Source of the DNA: Macrostomum lignano
Taxonomy: Eukaryota
Length of the DNA: 64,000 nucleotides
Direction of reading: 5' to 3'
Assembly: GCA_002269645.1 (NCBI GenBank)
Contig: NIVC01001886.1
Coordinates: forward strand, 1-64,000
A program made the position numbers and the translations under genes. Positions 50,461 to 63,429 of the stretch are shown piece by piece. The notes under the pieces are model-generated. The model saw nothing but the letters and a program-made list of their open reading frames with translations. It was not told the origin of the DNA and did no database searches. Numbering within the stretch: position 1 is the stretch's first letter; each line of letters opens with the position of its first letter.

Positions 50461-52530
50461 ATGCACTCTAACACAAGCATATTTCAGCAACAGCAACAAC
50501 AGCAGCAGCAACAGCAACAGCAGCAGCATCAACAGCACCAGCAACAGCTGTTATTGCAGGCAGCCGCTTTTGCGGCAGCAGCTGGCAGCGGCGGAGGCGG
50601 CGGCAGCAACAATGCTTCTATTGGCAAATATTCCGTTTTCACAGGTAAGAAGCGACCTGAATACCGTTGTTTGGGGAATTTTTCTTCTCTTGATTCTAAT
50701 CTTGGTTTTGTATTCATGTCTGCGCTCTCTTCTACTAAAAAGCCAGTTGTGAATCATTCCATTACGGTAATAGTTTTCGAAAGCATCCGGTTTCATGCAT
50801 ATGGTATAGGGGTGTCCGATCCGATGTTGATACAGAAGTGTAAGTTTAGCTTGTCATAGTCTTTCTGGTTACAGTGGTGAATGATGGAAGGTAAGTCTTT
50901 GTTTCTTTTGGAAAACGGCTGGCTATAGTATAGTAGAATAATAGAATGCACTTTTGACAGAAGCTTCCCACAGCAGTAATACTCGTACACAACTAACTAC
51001 TAAATATATAACGGAAACAACCGAGTCAACAGAACATTTTTAAATAGAAAAACTACACAAATTTCCATACAATTTGAGTTGCTAAAAAGTCCTGCTCTAC
51101 TCTTTCTACTTATTATGAGTAGTCTCAACCCCCCTGTTTTTCGGCAGAATAAAAAAATTTAGCATTTGAGGATGTTCCCAAAAATTGGTTGGTAAAATTT
51201 AGATGCGTAGATTCAAGTCACGAAAATCCATGCTCCAGACCGTGTACACGAGAGGGGCGCCATAATATACACGAGAGGGGCGCCATAATATACACGAGAG
51301 GGGCGCCATAATACACACGAGAGGGGCGCCATAATATACACTAGAGGGGCGCCATAATATACTCGAGAGGGGTGCCATAATATACACTAGAGGGGCGCCA
51401 TAATATACTCGAGAGGGGCGCCATAATATACACGAGAAGGGTGCCATAATATACACGAGAGGGGTGCCATAATATACACGAGAGGGGCGCCATAATATAC
51501 ACTAGAGGGGCGCCATAATATACTCGAGAGGGGTGCCATAATATACACTAGAGGGGCGCCATAATATACTCGAGAGGGGCGCCATAATATACACGAGAAG
51601 GGTGCCATAATATACACGAGAGGGGTGCCATAATATACACGAGAGGGGCGCCATAATATACACGAGAGGGGCGCCATAATATACACGAGAGGGGCGCCAT
51701 AATACACACTAGAGGGGCGCCATAATATACACTAGAGGGGCGCCATAATATACACTAGAGGGGCGCCATAATATACTCGAGAGGGGCGCCATAGTATACA
51801 CTAGAGGGGCGCCATAATATACTCGAGAGGGGTGCCATAATATACACTAGAGGGGCGCCATAATATACTCGAGAGGGGCGCCATAATATACACGAGAGGG
51901 GTGCCATAATATACACGAGAGGGGTGCCATAATATACTCGAGAGGGGCGCCATAATATACACTAGAGGGGCGCCATAATATACACGAGAGGGGCGCCATA
52001 ATATACACGAGAGGGGGCCAGGGGCGCCATAATATACACGAGAGGGGTGCCATAATATACACGAGAGGGGGCCAGGGGCGCCATAATATACACGAGAGGG
52101 GTGCCATAATATACACGAGAGGGGGCCAGGGGCGCCATAATATACACGAGAGGGGCGCCATATTAAGCAAACGGTGAGGAGCTTTTTACCCCCCCCCCTT
52201 AAATCAGCCCCTGTAGACTCTAGATGTTCGGCAGCAAGGTTCGGATTGTCCAAAAATGCTTTAAATTAGAACTCTATTAGAATATAAACATTCTATAGTC
52301 TATTAGAATCATAGGTCTCTCAGTCTCACCCTTGACGTGTCTCACCTACAGAGATCACGCAGCAGCAGCAGCTACAGCGCCAGAATCAACAACACCGGCG
52401 TCACACAATGGGCTGTCCACCGGCCCGCAATCCGCACCAGAGTGTGCAGGATGCGGAGAACATCCCCCCTGGCGGAGTTCAGGACCGGCCAGTCAAGCGG
52501 GGCCGCTACGATCAGCCGGGAGCAACAGCC

Positions 52531-52561
<31 letters not shown>

Positions 52562-52782
52562 CTTCGCTGCAGACGCTACACCAACAGCAGCAGCAACAGT
52601 TGCCGATGCCTCCGCCAGGCTGGGCTACAGCGGCGGCACAAGCTCTGCGCTTGCAGATGCCGCCGCCGCCGCAGCCGCAATTGTCGCACGCAATGGGTTC
52701 GGCGGGGCCTGTGCCTGGATCGTATGGCATTGTGCAGCCGCTCTATCCGATGCTGCAGCTGTTTAGGCCCATGCAGCAGCTT

Positions 52783-52814
<32 letters not shown>

Positions 52815-52819
52815 GCAGC

Positions 52820-52874
<55 letters not shown>

Positions 52875-55683
52875 GCACCAACACCAACAGTCGCAGCAGC
52901 AGCCTCAGCCTCCAGTCCAGGCGGCTGTCCCCAATAGCGCAGCGGATTCGCCGCTAGACCTGACAATTCCCAAAGCTGCCGTCGCGTCGCTAGCCAAGGC
53001 GAACGGACCGGCGACTTTGTCGGCGTCCGTCTGCGGCCCGGTGCCACTGGATTTGTCCTACAATTCTGGCAGGTCGACTGGCGCATCGAGGATCGATCGG
53101 TCGCGTAAGCAGCGTCGCTCTTTGCCGCCATCGATGCTGACGGCTCCGCAGCAGCAGCGACAGCAGGGGGTGCCGATACTCAGCCCGCTGCTCTTCCCCA
53201 GCCCGACTCTGCCAACAACGACGTCAACGTCTGCAGCAGCTCCGGCTTCGTCCAGCTCAGTCGGCGTCCATCATCAGCTGGCCGATCATCTGCCCCGTGT
53301 GGACGCCTCGCCGGAGCCTCCAGGCGTCCCGGGCTGCTCAGATTCGCAGCATTCGGCGCCAGGAGCCGTCGACGATCCGAGCGGCGGCCGCGGCGGCCGC
53401 CAGCCGGTGACCACCTGCCACCAGTGTGGCCGCGGCTTCGTCTGCCAGGGCGACATGAACGCCCACTTCGAGCTGGAGCACCTGGCCGCGCTAATGGGCG
53501 AATTCGACCATGGCAAGTCTTGGAAATCCTCCGCCGTGGAGAACAAGGAGCTCAACGTTGAGGCGACCATGGTGCGGCTGGAGAACGGCGACACGATCGG
53601 GTTCAAGTGCCCCGAGTGCGACTACTTTGCTAAGTGGCCCACCGAGCTGCAGAAGCACATCATGGTGCACTCCAGCGCCAGGCCGCACGTGTGCGTCGTC
53701 TGCGGCTGCACCTACAAGTGGAAGTGGGACCTCGGCAGACACTTCGACCGATCGCACGAGTCGGCCGCAATGCCCAATCCGTATAAGAAGAACTCAGCCA
53801 GGCCGTCCAGCGGCGGCGGCGGCGGCTACCCGAGCAGCGCATCAGCGGCTGCGACCTCCTCGACAGGCCGGTCAACTCCAAGGGCGCCGCGTCAAAGTGG
53901 CGGCAGCGGCAGTAGCCGTCTGGCTTCTCCATCGGCTGGCGGCTCAACGACGGCCGAGCTGCTGGCGTACTATTCCACTCCAGCCCGGTCCGCTGCCATG
54001 GCTGCCGCTGCTGCGTCTGCCGCTGCCGCCGCCGCCGCAGCTGCCGTCGGTGAGGCCGCTGTGTCCGCCGCAGCGTCGCCGTCTGAGCCCCGAGAATTGT
54101 CGCCTCCGCCTCCGCGGCTGGTGCTGAAGTCCGAGGATGAAGACGGCGTCAATAATGACTCACAGCTGCAGCAGCAGCTCGCCTGTCCTATCTGTGGCGC
54201 ACAGGTGAGTACCACTCATTTGGGGGGGGGGGGTGAAATCCCAAACTTCACAATCCCCAAACTTCACAATTCTCCAAACTTCACAATCCCCCAAACTTTA
54301 CAATCCCTAAAACTTCACAATCCTCCAAACTTCACAATCCCCAGACTTCATAATCCCCAGACTTCATAATCCCCAAACTTCACAATCCCCAGACTTCACA
54401 ATCCCCAAACTTCACAATCCCTAAACTTCACAATCCTCCAAACTTCACAATCCCCAAACTTCACAATCCCCAAACTTCACAATCCCCAAACTTCACAATC
54501 CCTAAACTTCACAATCCCCAAACTTCACAATCCCCAAACTTCACAATCCCTAAACTTCACAATCCCCAAACTTCACAATCCCCAAACTTCACAATCCCCC
54601 AAACTTCACAATCCCCAAACTTCACAATCCCCCAAACTTCACAATCCCCAAACTTCACAATCCCCCAAACTTCACAATCCCCCAAACTTCACAATCCCCA
54701 AACTTCACAATCCCCAAACTTTACAATCGCCAAACTTCGCAATCCTTCAAACTTCACAATTCCCCAAACTTCACTGTTAGCTCGAATGTACAATATACAA
54801 TTACAATATACAATATACAATTACAATATACAATTACAATATACAATATACAATTACAATATACAATATACAACACGTTATCAAATTTGCAGACTCGCTG
54901 GCCGGACGAGCTGAAGACTCACGTTGTCGGGCACAGCGAGTTCCGGCCCTACCGCTGCAGCGGCTGCCCCTTCGCCAGTCGCGAGCGCTCCGAAGTTGTC
55001 GCTCACATCGAAGCCTCCTGCTGCGAACCCGCTGGCGCCGGGCACCACCCAGCCGACTCGACGGTGCTGTGCGAGCCGCCGCCGCTCCTCGTCGGGGTGT
55101 TCGCCGACGGCGCCGAGGTGGCCGACTACGCAGAGAGGGCCGCTAGGCGGCAGCGGTTGCAGCAGTTCGATGGCGATGACGAAGAGGACGAAGCAGCAAC
55201 GGCCGGAGAAGCAGAAGAGGCGAATGACGACTCGAGAGATGAAGATGCCAAGGTGAGACTTGGTGAGCCTGTGCACTGTTGCTTCCCTTTATAGCCTTAT
55301 ATCTTCATAAGTGGTTTGATTTCTGCTCATGAAGCTCTTCTAGTTTAGATTCATTTCTGCTCATAGAGCTGTTCTAGTTTAGGTTCATTTCTGCTTATAG
55401 AGCTGTTCTGTTCATTTCTGCTCATTTAAATGTTCTACAGTTCCATAGCTAAAAATCGAAGGCTAACATCAAGTTCCGTCACCTTTACCAGGCCACTTCG
55501 CTGCTCAAATCAGAGCCCGGCTCGCCAGCAGAAGCTCCATCTTCCTCGGTCAGGGAGCCGCCTGAGATGCCCCGAGTTGGCAGTCCAACCGTTGCCAAGC
55601 GGCTTGACGCGCCGCGGTCTTGTGACAGCAGCAGCAGCAACAGCGGCAGCGGCGGCTCTAAAGAGCTTGCAAATCAATTCTAA
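50461..55683 (+). CDS. C2H2 zinc-finger transcription factor with polyQ and two CtBP-binding motifs; exons 50461-50644, 52352-54204, 54893-55252, 55492-55683 (about 862 aa)
   Basis: Phase-compatible GT-AG introns (2589 nt total). PLDLT and PLDLS motifs. Fingers: CHQC..HFELEH, CPECDYFAKWPTELQKHIMVH, CVVCGCTYKWKWDLGRHFDRSH, CPICGAQ|TRWPDELKTHVVGH (split by an intron), CSGC..HIEASC (atypical). Choice of last exon is less certain. Confidence 0.88.
51245..52160. repeat. 23-bp minisatellite in ZnF intron 1, next to a MITE-like terminus
   Basis: gaggggcgccataatatacacga, about 39 units; the right flank ccccccccttaaatcagcccctg resembles a CAGGGGC.GATTTA-type end on the minus strand. Confidence 0.93.
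54236..54775. repeat. 16/17-bp minisatellite (ccccaaacttcacaat) in ZnF intron 2
   Basis: About 33 units starting about 30 nt after the donor at 54205. Confidence 0.94.
54790..54872. repeat. AT-rich repeat (atatacaattaca)
   Basis: Short tandem array ending about 20 nt before the acceptor at 54892. Confidence 0.8.
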
Positions 55684-57524
55684 CTAGCAAGGCTGCTTGA
55701 ACAGACAAAAAGACACTGTATGTCCGATTCTTTGTTATCTTTTCCCACGGCTTAATATTATTATTTTTGCCCTCAGAAACATTGAAAACTTGTTCTTGCG
55801 AATCCTGTCGTTCTTCCCGTCTTGGTTTGCGCTCTTTGTGCGGCACATACAACCTGTACATACAGGCATGTAATTTTTGTTTCCGAGCAGACTAATTAAT
55901 TGCTGTATGCTGTAAAAGATGAAAACTGTAAAACAAATTTTACCGGCGAAATCTGACACGACGTATGCTCACTGTTAACGTCTTGGCTTCCTTTCCTCCC
56001 CTCCGATCCTGTTGCTGGCTGCAGCCGCATTCTAGGACGCCCCCCCCCGATACACCAGAGAACTGTTCCCATTCCCCATCTTTGTTTACATGTGCCTTTT
56101 TGCATGTTTACATCTATCAATAGACGCGTGCGCAGCCTCTGTTTAGCATTGAAACAATTCCGCGAACGTCCGCAACTAGGAAGTTTTTGGTGCTTGCGAA
56201 AATATTAAATCATTTCTATTCTCTCTTTTTTGTCCTTCATGCACGTACATGTTATGCAGCCACCCGCTACTGTAGCAATGTGTTTTGCACCTGTGTGTAT
56301 CCAAAAATACAGTGAAATTGCTTTGCGTTCAACAGTTTACATGGAAACCATAGATACATATGCAGGCTTAAACATATATTGATAGTGTTTTTCTCAATTA
56401 AATTCATAATAGGTAATCAAAGCACTGATTATGATTGCTGCAACACTCATACAAGGTCCAGAGGGGGAAAATAGGAATTGAAAAGGGAGGCCCATTGAAA
56501 ACGTTACCGTGACAAGAATTGCTAGAGTCATTGCAAACAACAATCTATACTAGCGACTCTTGTGACTCAAACGATTGTGTAATGCGACTGTTGGTCGACA
56601 CGAGCGCATCACGCGAGTTGGAGAATCGTAAGAGTGGCGAAAAGGTCATCAAAAATCGTTGTATTAGCGCTTAACTTTCTACTAACTCGAGTAGACTAAA
56701 TAGAGCTGTTATAAATTCAAAATGCGATTCTAATTTATGATCTGACGCAGATGCGCTTAGCGTATTTGCGACGCCACGCAACTCAGCGATTCCACAGCGA
56801 CTCTGGCCCCAGGGTCGTGGGGCGTCGCCCCGGAGTCATTCTGCATCAAGTTTGCTGCATCAATTCAATTGGTTTAAATTGCAGATTAAACGACTTGAAG
56901 GCAACAAGTTTCTTAGAATCAATCACGCACTTTCTCCCAAAGCCGGAACTGCCGGACTCTGCGCGGCGGTGCTGCCGAGGCTAGCGGGGATCCCTTCAAC
57001 ATCAGTTTTTATTGTTTGTTGAAAAAAGAGAACCAAACACAAACGAACAAGTAAACGGTAGGACAAATATGACAGAACACAATAAAAAACATTTAGTAAG
57101 CAGAAGCACACAGAACAGTTGAGAAAAGTCTTACAGACAAGCAATTGCTGCTTTTAAAAAGAGAGAATAGAGAACGCACACACTAGTCAAAGCAAAGTGT
57201 TAAATAATTAAAGTTTTTTTGTCAAAATTACATGGAGGTTTTGCACGGGGAGACAAACTGAACAAAACAAACTAGAAGCAGAAATCGGAAAAATAAAAAC
57301 AAATATTTATTTTGAAAAAACTGAAACAAAACGCGGTTCTGTACATGCAGGGGGATTAATAGATAAGAGCCGGCCCGCGAAGTCTCTCTATGCGGCCCTC
57401 AGGTTCTTTGAAACTGCCCAATAGCAATCCGGGTTTTTTCTTCTCATCTCTCCTCTCTCCTCTCTCCCCTCTTCTCTCTTTTATCTGCCCTTATTGGGGA
57501 TAGCAGCCAGGGTAAAAACCTTAG

Positions 57525-57830
57525 AGGGTAGCGACCAGGGTAGAACACCTTAGACAGAGGATAGCGGCCTGGGTAGAACACCTTAGACAGAGAATAGCGG
57601 CCTGGGTAGAACACCTTAGACAGAGAATAGAGGCATGGGTAGAACACCTTAGACAGAGGCTAGCGGCCTGGGTAGAACACCTTAGACAGAGGCTAGCGGC
57701 CTGGGTAGAACACCTTAGACAGAGGCTAGCGGCCTGGGTAGAACACCTTAGACAGAGGCTAGCGGCCTGGGTAGAACACCTTAGACAGAGGCTAGCGGCC
57801 TGGGTAGAACACCTTAGACAGAGGCTAGGG
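57525..57830. repeat. 33-bp minisatellite between the convergent ZnF and YTHDF genes
   Basis: gggtagaacaccttagacagaggctagcggcct, about 9 units. Confidence 0.9.
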
Positions 57831-58259
57831 TGGAAAACCAGACAGGGTAGCGACTTTAATAGACTCATAATTACATTTTTAAATACATTGAGCGAGAAGC
57901 GAACGGCGATAAAAAAGTATTATATAATTGCAAACTTGATACTTTATTAATTAAAGTAGATTATGTAATTGTAAAAACAGAGCAGCCATATACCGGAAAC
58001 CAACAATGACCATGGGCGCGTGCACACAAAGCGAGAATTTAAAGCATAGTAAAAAATTAAATTTCATACATCAATGTTGGCGAATGATTGGGTATTAATG
58101 GGGAGTTTATCATTTTTGCTAATCAACTAATACTTAGATAAATTTTGGGAATAAACACACACACATATATATATTTCACAAATCCACGTACAGATAAGAT
58201 TACACAACAGAAATCCATAGCTTAGAAAATCTGAATAAGAAAATATAGATTTATTAGTT

Positions 58260-58296
<37 letters not shown>

Positions 58297-59062
58297 TCAG
58301 ACATTCACGGTGTCAACGGTGGGAAAAAGCGATAGCGTAAAAAATATTGTAATACGAAAAAGAAGAAACAGGCGCAAAACTGCTAGCAGTAGTAGTAGTA
58401 GCAGCGCGTCAACTAAAATTGGGTAGAAAAACAGAAAAAAAACAAAAAATGGTTTTTTTGATCAGAAGCAAAAGATTTTTAATTTTCAGTTTTACACAGA
58501 GACGCGCGATTATGTGTAGATCATACTTATAAGGGTAATGCAGCATTGGCCCAAATCAATTGGGGCGCATGCGGACCCGCTGGGCTGAGAGTGTCCAACT
58601 TATCTAATTTCCGCTACGTTATGTTACTAACAGTAGTCTGTTGAGAAGTAACATAAATTTGTATAGATTGAAGGCGTTCTGCATGCGGCAATCTTTATTC
58701 TGCTCCCACCAGGCCCAATATGCATATGAAAAAAATTAATGAGTTAAAAAAATAATAACACAAACTATACGAACAACTTCTGATGAAAAAATCAAAATAT
58801 AACACAAAAGTACAGTTATATGAAGAGAAGAGTTCAACAATCAACAAATAGTTAATATAACTGGCATTACAAAATCACACACGCACACACCTAGAGATCA
58901 AAATGGGGACTGCACACTGCCAAATATTTGGTTTTAAACATTTTAGCAAAGAAGAAACCAATGTAAAGATTAACTTCCATAGTATCCTTACTGATAGTAA
59001 GCAGTGCATTCAAATTAAAGATGATATTTAACAAAACTAGTACTAGTTCAAATTCAACATAA

Positions 59063-60549
59063 TTAAGAGGGCGAGTTGCCTTCCAGTTCGCGTTTCTCAT
59101 AGTGACTAAAGTCGTCAAAGATGCTGGTACTGTGCCTATAGGACCTGATGATGCCGAGCACCTGGCGGCCCTGCTCAATAGGCACGTTTGTGCAGTCGCG
59201 AGAATTAGTCACCGGCTTGTTCTCGTTAGTTGCCACCCGGACGTGGCGCAATTGACTATTTGGCACGTCCTTAACGTAAATCCATTTGATTTTGAACTCG
59301 CCAAGCCATTTATCCTGGCACCAGACGCCAGCATTCTTATTAACGTCAACCTGCGTAATCATCTGGGCTACGCCGCAGAAATGGCCGGACCCGTTCACTG
59401 AGAACAGCAGATAGACTCGGCCGCCACGATTCGCTGTCCGACTGAAAGCGCCGTTGAGCACCTCGTTGCCGCGCTTTGTACTGCACCAAATCGAATATTT
59501 AATAGCTCGATGAATATCGTCTTCGCTGTAGCTTTTAATAACGTAGAACTCTGAGTTGTCTGGCACGTCGTGCTTAGCCGGATTAATGTCCTGCTCAAGC
59601 TGGCGCAGCTGCTCCTCCGATGCAGCCGGCACGGGCTCCAGCGATTGCAACTGGCCACGATTGCCAGATGCTGGCTGCTGCTGCTGCTGGTATTGCGGCA
59701 CGTAGCCCTGACCTGGAGCCATGGAAGCCGCATTGCCGCGAGCCGGCTGCTGCTGTTTCCCAGCGGCGTGACCTACAACCAGGCCGCCAGTGCCTTTGCC
59801 TAGCGCCTTCGGATTGCCAGCCTTGTTGCCAATAGCAACCGGCACGGCCACTGGCTCGCCGGGCGCCGAGCCGCCAGACGCCGGTTTTTGAGCACCGCCG
59901 CTGGGTCCGACAGGCGCCTGAGAGGCGGCAATTTTGGCCCAAGTTTTTGGAGCGGCAGCGCCGGCTGTCGACGTGCTCAACGCTGGGAAGTCGACAGCTG
60001 AACTGTCGGATTGTTGCTGCTGCTGCTGCTGTTGAACGCTAAGACCGGCGATGCCCTGCTCAAGGACCGCCACCGAGTCCGCCGTGCCGTTGTTAGCGGA
60101 CTGCGCCCCGGCTACAGCGGAGGCGGCTGTAGCAGCGGGCTGGTGCGGCATCGGCGCGTAGCCAGCAGGAGCCGGCGGCGGCGGCGGCGGCGGCGGATGC
60201 GCGTAGCCGGGCCACACAGTCAAGTCGCCACTCTCGAAGCTGTTAGCAGCCGCGGCGGCTGCGGCAGCTGCAACGGGATTCCACATGCCGCCACCGTATC
60301 CGGTCTGATGCGGCGAGGCCTGCATATAGCCGGGGTAGCCGTACGAGTTGCCCTGATAGTAGCCCTCGGGACTGTACTGCTGCTGCTGGGCGTAGTCGGC
60401 CGCCGGAGCGCCGGTTGACCAGACGGATCCAACGTCGACGCCGATCTGGCCGCCAGAGTAAGCAAAATTCTGCATCAGATAGGGCGCCTGGTGTTGACTG
60501 TAGTCTCCCATGGTCTGCTTGTTTAGCATCCGTTCTGTTAGGTTCAAGT
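59063..60549 (-). CDS. YTHDF: YTH domain family m6A reader (YTHDF-type); one large exon, any upstream exon not located
   Basis: [86 protein letters not shown] with all three aromatic-cage Trp; Q/P/G/Y low-complexity N-terminus; candidate acceptor tgcag at 60550-60551. Confidence 0.95.
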
Positions 60550-63429
60550 CTGCATGCATTTCATAAAAAGAGTTGCTTAGATGAGACAAACCTTTGAAGC
60601 TTGACGGGATGGATGGAAGTCGGCTATGGTCTCCATTCGAACACCCCATAATCACAGCAGCAAAATCTTATTGCGTATCTCACTCAGACAAACTTTGCTG
60701 GGAAAGTTTGCTATCAAAAACAGCAATTTTACATAGTCACTATCCTATTCTATAAAATTAGATTTTTCAAAATAGATGCTGTCTCTTGCTAATAATTTTT
60801 TTATTTTATTAATTGCAGATACATTTTGTGAATAGTAGTATATAAGTAGGTGTATAATATATATTGATATGATTGTCATTTATTGTCTATTAACAACTAT
60901 ACAGTGTATATAGTAAATGCTATATGTAGGTCTATACATGTGCAATAGCCAGCTGGCTGGCAAGGGGCCAAGCCAAGGTAAGTCACAAAAAATGCCTACC
61001 CAAAAATATAGATGTAACACTAGTTAGATGACAAGGCATCTAGCCTTAAGTCAAAGTTACTCCTATTGTTTACCCAAAATTATACTAATTTTTGCTTAGG
61101 TTCTTTTATAGGTAAGTCACATTTTTGGTCAAAGAGTAAGTTGCACTGCCAGTATAAATCAGGGGGGTTGCACATGTATGTGTTGGTCTAGACCCAAAAC
61201 TCTTACCCTATGCCTATGTGAACAATAAACCTAAAAATGTTGCTCTTTTAGAGTTAAGACCTAGGTCTTTTTAGTCAGTGATACTTGGGGCATGGAATGG
61301 TATATTCAGAAAACAAATTTAAATATTTAAACAAAAGAGCCAAGCACATCAATAAGATATAATTATTTATCACTTCTATTACTAGACATTAAAGGCAGTG
61401 AGAAACAAAAAATTGTAAATAATTTTTGGAATGTTTGGAAATTAAATATCAATAATTGAATATAGTATGCTTGAAATAATTTGATGTTTATTCTTTCTGT
61501 GATAGGGGGCATAGGCCTCAATTTCTACTTTTTAGAAAGTTGCATTTTAAAATATTACTATTGTTACATTACACAAATATAAGAAATATTTCTTATATTC
61601 AATATATTCTATATTATTTATATCATTGTTTGTTTTAAAAAGTAATAGAAAAATTTTACTATAAAAGGAAGCCAGTTGAAAGCCAAGAAAAATAAACTTG
61701 TCTTCTTTTCCTCTTCTTGTTTAGTTTTTCAAAGCTTTTTTACTTTGTATACTCTACTAGATATTCTATTTGGAGACAAAAGTCAAATCAGCTTCAGGGC
61801 TTATAATTGCTTAATAACCATGTTACTTATTTCAAGTAGTAGATAGCAACATAAGAATAGCCCTAAGATTGGGAGAATTCAATCCATTCTCAAAGAATGA
61901 GATATCTAGATTTAGAATCTGAGAAATTTCCTTAAGAAGGCAGAAATCCTACCATAGGATAGAATAGTCTAGACTCTAAGAAACCTGCCTCAAGGTAGAA
62001 AACCTAGCAAGTAAACTGTGAACCTCTGATCCTAGGAATGCCCAATATTGAGAGAACAAAAATCCTTAGAAGAGTAAAAGGATAGAGTAGACAGTGCCAT
62101 AAGACTGTTTAGGCTAGAAATATAGTATATATACATACACTACCATATACATGCCCAATACCCACCCAACCTATCTGAACTAGATGGGTGAAATGGCTGC
62201 TGGCCGAGTTAAGTTGCAAAATTGAAAATGCAAAAAACTAAAAATTTGGGAAAGAAAAGAGATGAAGAGAAAAAGAGAATAAAGGAAAGAGACAAGGGAG
62301 GGGGGAAAGAGGAGAGAGAAAGAGAAAGAGAAAAAAAGAGAAGGCAAAAAAAGTCATATACAAAGTGAAAATTAAGTCATAATCAGGGGAACTAAGTTGC
62401 AATTGAGAGGAACTAAGTCACAAATCTAGACAAAACTAAGTCACACTAGATGGGTGACATTTTAAGGTTGGGCATATATGTATTGTAGGGCTACTTTTCT
62501 ATTTCCTATTATTGAATATCCTAAAGCTGCCACTAAAGTTGTCAAAGGGATAACCTTCTGTCTTTATAAATAATCTCAATGCCACCAAAGTTGTGATAGC
62601 ACTAATAAGGATGAGCTTCCCTTTATTGGTTAATGTATTTTCATATCAATGTACTTATGCTTATTGATAGCGTGCCTACCAGTACTTCTCTATCTACTTC
62701 TATATTGGTAGCATCTATACATATACTGTATGCTTTGGCCTGAGAGGTCTAATGGCACTGTCTACTTTATTTACTCCTATAAGTTTTCTCTTAGTCCTAG
62801 GCATTCCCTGGATCAGAGGGTCATAGCCTTGTGAATTTTCCTTGCCCTGAAGCACTTTTCCTGCGCTGAGACGCTTTTCTTGCCCTAAGGCGATCTAACT
62901 ACTCTATAGTGCTTTCCTGCCTTGAGGCAATTCTCACTTTTAGCAGTTTTTGATACTCCCAATGAGGGGCTTAATATTATAGAAATGAATAAGCCTTTCT
63001 GAACAATAGCAAATTTAATATGAGAATGATTATATTAACTTTGCTTAGGCAAGTTTATTAGCTTGATAACGAGTCAATATGAGCTGCCACGAGTTATATT
63101 TCTTAGCCTCTTCTGGGCTCCTATTTATACTAAGATTTCAGAGCAAGTTTAAACAAAGTGGAATATTTTCGAAAATAACAACAGTTAAACAAAATCTGTG
63201 TAAATTTAAATGTGCAAGTTTCTAAGAAAGTGTAGCAAAATGTAATGTATTAATTGTGCATAAAAAGATATTCTCATTTCTTTACTTAACACAGGCACTA
63301 CCTTATATGCACTACCAATAGATAAATTCATGTTGTACAACAACTTGGTGATAGATTACAGTCATTTGGGTAATAAGACATTTTGATAACAGTTGTTTTA
63401 GTGATAAGAAAGTAATTTTGACATTCTTT

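Noticed and set aside
55441-55687. ORF 55430 frame, or acceptor 55440, as the ZnF last exon
   Set aside because: The phase-0 join at 55441 stops after FHS; the acceptor at 55491 gives an open 63-aa exon with an LKSEP motif and is preferred
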